Part shown: positions 59,865 to 64,000 of the stretch, piece by piece
How positions within the stretch are numbered: position 1 is the first letter of the stretch
Layout of the letters: each line of letters begins with the position of its first letter
Assembly (NCBI GenBank): GCA_965116475.1
Contig: OZ220691.1
Location: 576,001 to 640,000 of the forward strand
Direction: 5' to 3'
DNA: 64,000 nt
Source of the DNA: Gemmatimonadota bacterium
GTDB taxonomy: Bacteria; Gemmatimonadota; Gemmatimonadetes; Palauibacterales; Palauibacteraceae
The notes under the pieces: generated by a model
Databases searched by the model: none
Seen by the model: only the letters and a program-made list of their open reading frames with translations
What the model was told of the DNA's origin: nothing
Position numbers and translations under genes: made by a program

Positions 59865-61924
59865 GAGCCGTCGTCCTCCGCGTCCTCCTCCTCCGTCGTC
59901 ACGGCCGGCCGGTGCGTCCCCCACTGCTCGAACCACTTCCTCAGGTAGAGCTGTGTGCGCAGGAAATTCGACGGACGCGAACTCGTCCCGTGCCACTCCC
60001 CCTGGAAGCGCACCATGACCGTCGGCACGCCCTCGTAGTGCAGCGCCTGGTAGAACTCCTCGGTCTGACCCATGGGCGTCCGCAGGTCCATCTCCCCGGT
60101 CATCAGCATCGTCGGCGTCGTCACGTTCCCGACGTAGAAGATGGACGAGCGGTCCATCCACTCCTCCGGGTCCTCCCAGAAGGGCTGCTCGAAGGTGCGC
60201 AGGTAGGCGATGGCATCCGACGTCCCCATCGCCGACATCCAGTTCACGATCGGACAGTTCGCCGACGCGGCCCGGAAGCGGTCCGTGTTCCCGACGATGT
60301 ACGAGGTGAGGATGCCGCCGCCCGAGCACCCGTACACGAACAGGTTGTCCTCGTCCACGTAGCCGCGACGCAGCATCTCGTCGACCCCGCCCATGAGGTC
60401 GGGGAAGTCCGCGCCCGGATAGTCGTGGTTGATCGCGTTCGCGAACTCCGTCCCGTATCCCGTGCTCCCCCGCGGGTTCGTGTAGAGGACGACATAGTCG
60501 TTCGAGGCGTGCTCCTGGAAGGCGAAGTTGAACCCGCCGTTGTACATCGCGTGCGGCCCGCCGTGGATGGCGAGCATCAGCGGATACTCGCGGTTCGGGT
60601 CGAAGTCGGGCGGTTTCACGATCCAGCCCTGGATCCGGAAGCCGTCCGTCGACTCGTACCAGACCTCCTCCACCTCGCCCAGGGTCACGCCGTGGAGCAC
60701 GTCCGCGTTCACCTCCGTGAGCCGCGTGGCGTCGCCCGGGTTCGAGAGGGAGAACCGGTAGATGTCCCCGGGTTCGTGGTCCGTCGAGATCGTGCCGACC
60801 GCCGTGCCGCCGTCGGAGAAGGAGGAGAGGGAGAAGAGATGCGCACCGTCGGTGAGCTGCGTGACGCCGCCGTCGACGGAGACGAAGTGGAGCTGCCGGT
60901 ACCCTTCCCGGTTCACGTTGAAGTAGAGGCCGCTCCCGTCGGGCGCCCACTGGAAGCCGCCGGACTGCCGGTCATAGTCCCCGGAGATGAGCCGCGAGCC
61001 GGACCCGTCCCGGTTCATCACGTGGATGCGGTTGTTCCGGTAGGTGTCGCGGTGCTCGTCCCCCACGCTGTAGGCGATGAGGCGGCCGTCCGGCGAGGGC
61101 ACGGGACCCGCGTCGGCGCCGCGCCGATCCGTGAGCTGGCGGATCGTGCCGGAGGCCAAGGAGACGGCGTAGATCTCCGACTCCTGCCAGTGCTCGGGCC
61201 GATCCCAGTCCGGGACGCGGTAGGAGGAGAAGTAGATCTCGCTCCCGTCGGGGCTCCAGGCGATCCCGCCGTGGTTCCAGTCCCCGGTCGTGAGCTGGCG
61301 GGCGGCGCCCCCGTCGGCCGGGACGACGAACACGTGGGTCCAGCCGGTGTCGACGTACCCCTGGCGGTCGCGCTTGTAGCCGGCGCGCTCGACGATCTTC
61401 GGCCCGGTGGTCCACGTCGCGCCATCCGGCCGCGAGGGAAGATCGACGCCGGCGAAGTCCGCGCGGTCGTTCACCCGGCTCGTGAAGGCGATCCACTCGC
61501 CGTCGGGCGACCAGCGGGGGGAGGAGGGGCCGTTCTCGAGGCGGGTGACCTGGGTCGTGGCGCCCTCCTCATCCATCCAGCGCACGAAGATCTGGCTCCC
61601 GGAGGGCTCGCCCGCCGCCGTGTACAGGATGCGCGTGCCGTCCGGCGACCAGCGCACCCCGCCGCCCTCGACGAGCGCCCGCTTCCGGCTGCCGTCCGCG
61701 TTCATCATGTAGAGGGACGACTCGCGCCGGTCGTTGACCTTGTCCACCCAGCCGCGGGTGTAGACGATCCTCGACCCGTCCGGCGAGATCCGCGGGTTGG
61801 AGACCGACTCCATGTCCATGTAGTGGTCGAGCGACAGCCGGCGGGTCTGGGCCGCCGCGTCCGCGGCGAGCGCTCCGCCGGCGATGGTCGCCAACAGCAC
61901 GGCGCTTCCAAGCTTCGTCTTCAT
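59861..61924 (-). CDS. S9 family peptidase
   Basis: Signal peptide, propeller repeats, HGGPH, NPRGSTGYG, GCSGGG nucleophile, DLRTP, WHG. Confidence 0.94.
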   Translation of the reverse strand: MKTKLGSAVLLATIAGGALAADAAAQTRRLSLDHYMDMESVSNPRISPDGSRIVYTRGWVDKVNDRRESSLYMMNADGSRKRALVEGGGVRWSPDGTRILYTAAGEPSGSQIFVRWMDEEGATTQVTRLENGPSSPRWSPDGEWIAFTSRVNDRADFAGVDLPSRPDGATWTTGPKIVERAGYKRDRQGYVDTGWTHVFVVPADGGAARQLTTGDWNHGGIAWSPDGSEIYFSSYRVPDWDRPEHWQESEIYAVSLASGTIRQLTDRRGADAGPVPSPDGRLIAYSVGDEHRDTYRNNRIHVMNRDGSGSRLISGDYDRQSGGFQWAPDGSGLYFNVNREGYRQLHFVSVDGGVTQLTDGAHLFSLSSFSDGGTAVGTISTDHEPGDIYRFSLSNPGDATRLTEVNADVLHGVTLGEVEEVWYESTDGFRIQGWIVKPPDFDPNREYPLMLAIHGGPHAMYNGGFNFAFQEHASNDYVVLYTNPRGSTGYGTEFANAINHDYPGADFPDLMGGVDEMLRRGYVDEDNLFVYGCSGGGILTSYIVGNTDRFRAASANCPIVNWMSAMGTSDAIAYLRTFEQPFWEDPEEWMDRSSIFYVGNVTTPTMLMTGEMDLRTPMGQTEEFYQALHYEGVPTVMVRFQGEWHGTSSRPSNFLRTQLYLRKWFEQWGTHRPAVTTEEEDAEDDGS

Positions 61925-62181
61925 CCTTCACTCCTTCGCTTCATGACCGGCCCCCCGTCGAACCCGTCAGTATCGCGCTTGACCTCATCCCAGTCGAGTA
62001 CGGGATCGCCGGGGTCGCCCAGCCGCTCCACGGCAACCTCCAGGTCGTCGAAATCTTCCAGATATCGCTCCAGCGCCTGCCGAACGATGTCGCCCCGGCT
62101 TCGCCCCAGTGTTGACGCCGCGGCATCCAAGGCTTCGATCATCGCGCCGGGGACGCGTGCAGTGATCTGACCCATATCCAT
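61921..62181 (-). CDS. Ribbon-helix-helix (CopG/RelB-like) protein, orphan antitoxin-like
   Basis: ITARVP...LD.AA...GRSR..IVRQALERYLEDFDDL...WDEVK. Confidence 0.85.
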   Translation of the reverse strand: MDMGQITARVPGAMIEALDAAASTLGRSRGDIVRQALERYLEDFDDLEVAVERLGDPGDPVLDWDEVKRDTDGFDGGPVMKRRSEG

Positions 62182-62202
62182 CAACGGACCTCCATCACAT
62201 CT

Positions 62203-63111
62203 CTAGAGGATTGCGGCGCCGAGGGCGGAGGCGATGAGGCCGACGCCGAGTTCGGCGGTCTGGTTGCGGTGGTCGAGGATGGGGTTGAGTTCGACGAGTT
62301 CGAGGCTCAGCAGCGTTCCCGAGTGCGCGGCCTTCTCGCACACGAGGTGTCCTTCGCGGTAGGTGAGGCCGCCGCGGACGGGCGTTCCCACGCCGGGGGC
62401 GATACGCGGGTCGAGCGCGTCGACGTCGAACGAGAGGTGGAACCCGCACGTGCCGGCGACGGCGCGCTCCACGGCCTCGTCCATGCAGGCTCCCACGCCG
62501 CGCTCGTCGATCTCGGACATCGTGAACACGCGGACGCCCAGCTCCCGGACGAGCCGCTTCTCGCCCGCATCCAGCGAGCGCGCGCCCAGGACGCTCACGT
62601 TTTCCGGCGCGACCCTCGGCGCCCCGCGGGTCAGTTGCGGCTCCCCGTGCCCCAGCAGCACGGCGAGCGACATCCCGTGAATGTTCCCGGTGGGCGTGGT
62701 GTCGGGGCGGTTCATGTCGGCGTGGGCGTCCACCCAGATGACCCCGATGGACGCCCCCCGGGACCGGTGGTGGTCGGCGACCGCCGCCACCGACCCGATC
62801 GAGAGCGAATGATCTCCACCGAGCACGAGCGGGGTGCAGTCCCGGTCGAATCCTGCGCGCACGAGCTTCCGCGTCTCCTCCGCGACGTGGACGATCTCGT
62901 CCAGGAAGCGCAGTTCGTGTTCGCCCGCGTCCGTGGTCTCCAGCCCGCCGGCCGTCACGGTGCCGAGTTCGACGATGTTGTGGCCGATGGCCTCGATCTC
63001 CCGGCTGATCCCGGCGATGCGGAGGGCGGAGGGACCCATGTCCACGCCCCGGCGTCCGGCGCCGAGGTCGATGGAGACGGAGATCAGCGCGATGTCCCGA
63101 TGTTCGTTCAA
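62203..63111 (-). CDS. rocF: Arginase
   Basis: RRGVDMGPSALR, GGDHS, WVDAHAD.N, GNIHGM, SFDVDALDP, VELNP; GAGG RBS before TTG. Confidence 0.95.
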   Translation of the reverse strand: MNEHRDIALISVSIDLGAGRRGVDMGPSALRIAGISREIEAIGHNIVELGTVTAGGLETTDAGEHELRFLDEIVHVAEETRKLVRAGFDRDCTPLVLGGDHSLSIGSVAAVADHHRSRGASIGVIWVDAHADMNRPDTTPTGNIHGMSLAVLLGHGEPQLTRGAPRVAPENVSVLGARSLDAGEKRLVRELGVRVFTMSEIDERGVGACMDEAVERAVAGTCGFHLSFDVDALDPRIAPGVGTPVRGGLTYREGHLVCEKAAHSGTLLSLELVELNPILDHRNQTAELGVGLIASALGAAIL

Positions 63112-63235
63112 GAATCGTTCCTCTTTGGTTGGTCGCTTTGGTTGGTCGCGGGTACCGGCCGACACTACTATAACGCTCGTACGTACTTCACCCTGTCCAC
63201 AGAATAAGGGTTCAACGCCCGAACGGAGTCGGCGA

Positions 63236-64000
63236 ATGTTCTCGTTCCACCATCGTCTGCGGCCGGTCGGCCTCTTGTGGCTCGCACCGCTCGTCATCTC
63301 GCTGGCCGCCCCATCGCCCGGCCTGAGCCAGGAGGAGGAGAAGAAGGATCCGGACCGGGGTCTCCCCCTCGAGCCGGCGCGCTGGGCCCGATTCACGACG
63401 AGCGAGGGGACCTGGATCTCGCTCGACGTGAGTCCGGACGGCGAGACGATCGTCTTCGACCTCCTGGGCGACCTCTACAGGATGCCCATCGCGGGCGGCG
63501 AGGCGACGCGGCTCACGAGCGGCCTGCCGCACGACATGCAGCCGCGCTTCAGCCCGGACGGGTCGCGGATCGTCTTCGTCTCCGACCGCAGCGGCGACGA
63601 GAACGTGTGGCTCATCGACGCGGAGGGGGGCGAGCCGACGCAGCTCAGCAAGGGGATCGGGAGCGTCTTCCTCTCGCCGGAATGGATGCCGGACGGCAAG
63701 TACGTCGTCGTCTCGCGCTCGCGGGCCTTCTTCGGACTGGAGAAGCTCTGGCTCTATCACGTGGACGGCGGCACCGGCCTCGAGATGGTCGGCGGGAGCG
63801 GGGCGCAGCGCATGCTGGGGGCGGCGGTCGACGCCGACGGGCGCTACGTCTGGTACGCACAGCGTCTCGGCACCTGGCAATACAACGCGATCTTCCCGCA
63901 GTACCAGCTCTGGGTCTACGACCGCCGGACCGGGACGCGCACGCCGATGACGAGCCGCTACGGCTCGGCGTTCCGGCCCGCCCTCTCGCCCGATGGAGAG
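63236..64000 (+). CDS. Secreted PD40-repeat protein (probable amidohydrolase), truncated by window end
   Basis: Signal peptide, EGTWISLDVSPDG.TIVFDLLGDLY, PRFSPDG, FVSDRSG; open to end. Confidence 0.85.
   Translation, partial: MFSFHHRLRPVGLLWLAPLVISLAAPSPGLSQEEEKKDPDRGLPLEPARWARFTTSEGTWISLDVSPDGETIVFDLLGDLYRMPIAGGEATRLTSGLPHDMQPRFSPDGSRIVFVSDRSGDENVWLIDAEGGEPTQLSKGIGSVFLSPEWMPDGKYVVVSRSRAFFGLEKLWLYHVDGGTGLEMVGGSGAQRMLGAAVDADGRYVWYAQRLGTWQYNAIFPQYQLWVYDRRTGTRTPMTSRYGSAFRPALSPDGE

Overview
A high-GC bacterial chromosome segment. The gene content (PD40-amidohydrolases, choice-of-anchor B protein, an expanded small beta-barrel family, a Zn-ribbon hypothetical) suggests Gemmatimonadota, but this is inference only. 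Positions ~1-9.7 kb are a decayed accessory/defence-like island: an internally deleted IS110 remnant, three IS481 relics, an AT-richer two-gene module with a prohead-protease-like Cys/His motif, a nonsense-interrupted HEPN gene, a HAD hydrolase, a double PD-(D/E)XK fusion, a holin-like peptide, DUF429 and a second PD-(D/E)XK nuclease. Positions ~9.7-35.5 kb are mixed accessory genes: a holin-like membrane protein paired with a signal-less PhoD, three toxin-antitoxin pairs, five paralogous outer-membrane beta-barrels, a benzoate-CoA-ligase-family enzyme, GGT, alpha carbonic anhydrase and an amidohydrolase. Positions ~35.5-64 kb are mostly core genes: methylmalonyl-CoA mutase, meaB, mgtE, ybeY, 7TM-HD, phoH, aspS, rlmN, yqeK, rqcH, acyl-CoA oxidase-like, trpA, S9 peptidase and arginase. 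The best leads are the 573-1716 gene pair, the holin-like/PhoD pair, a Kv-like channel with TVGYG replaced by TGQQG, and a four-copy parS-sized palindrome. No rRNA, tRNA or CRISPR array was recognised. All family calls are from motif recognition by eye; no searches were run.
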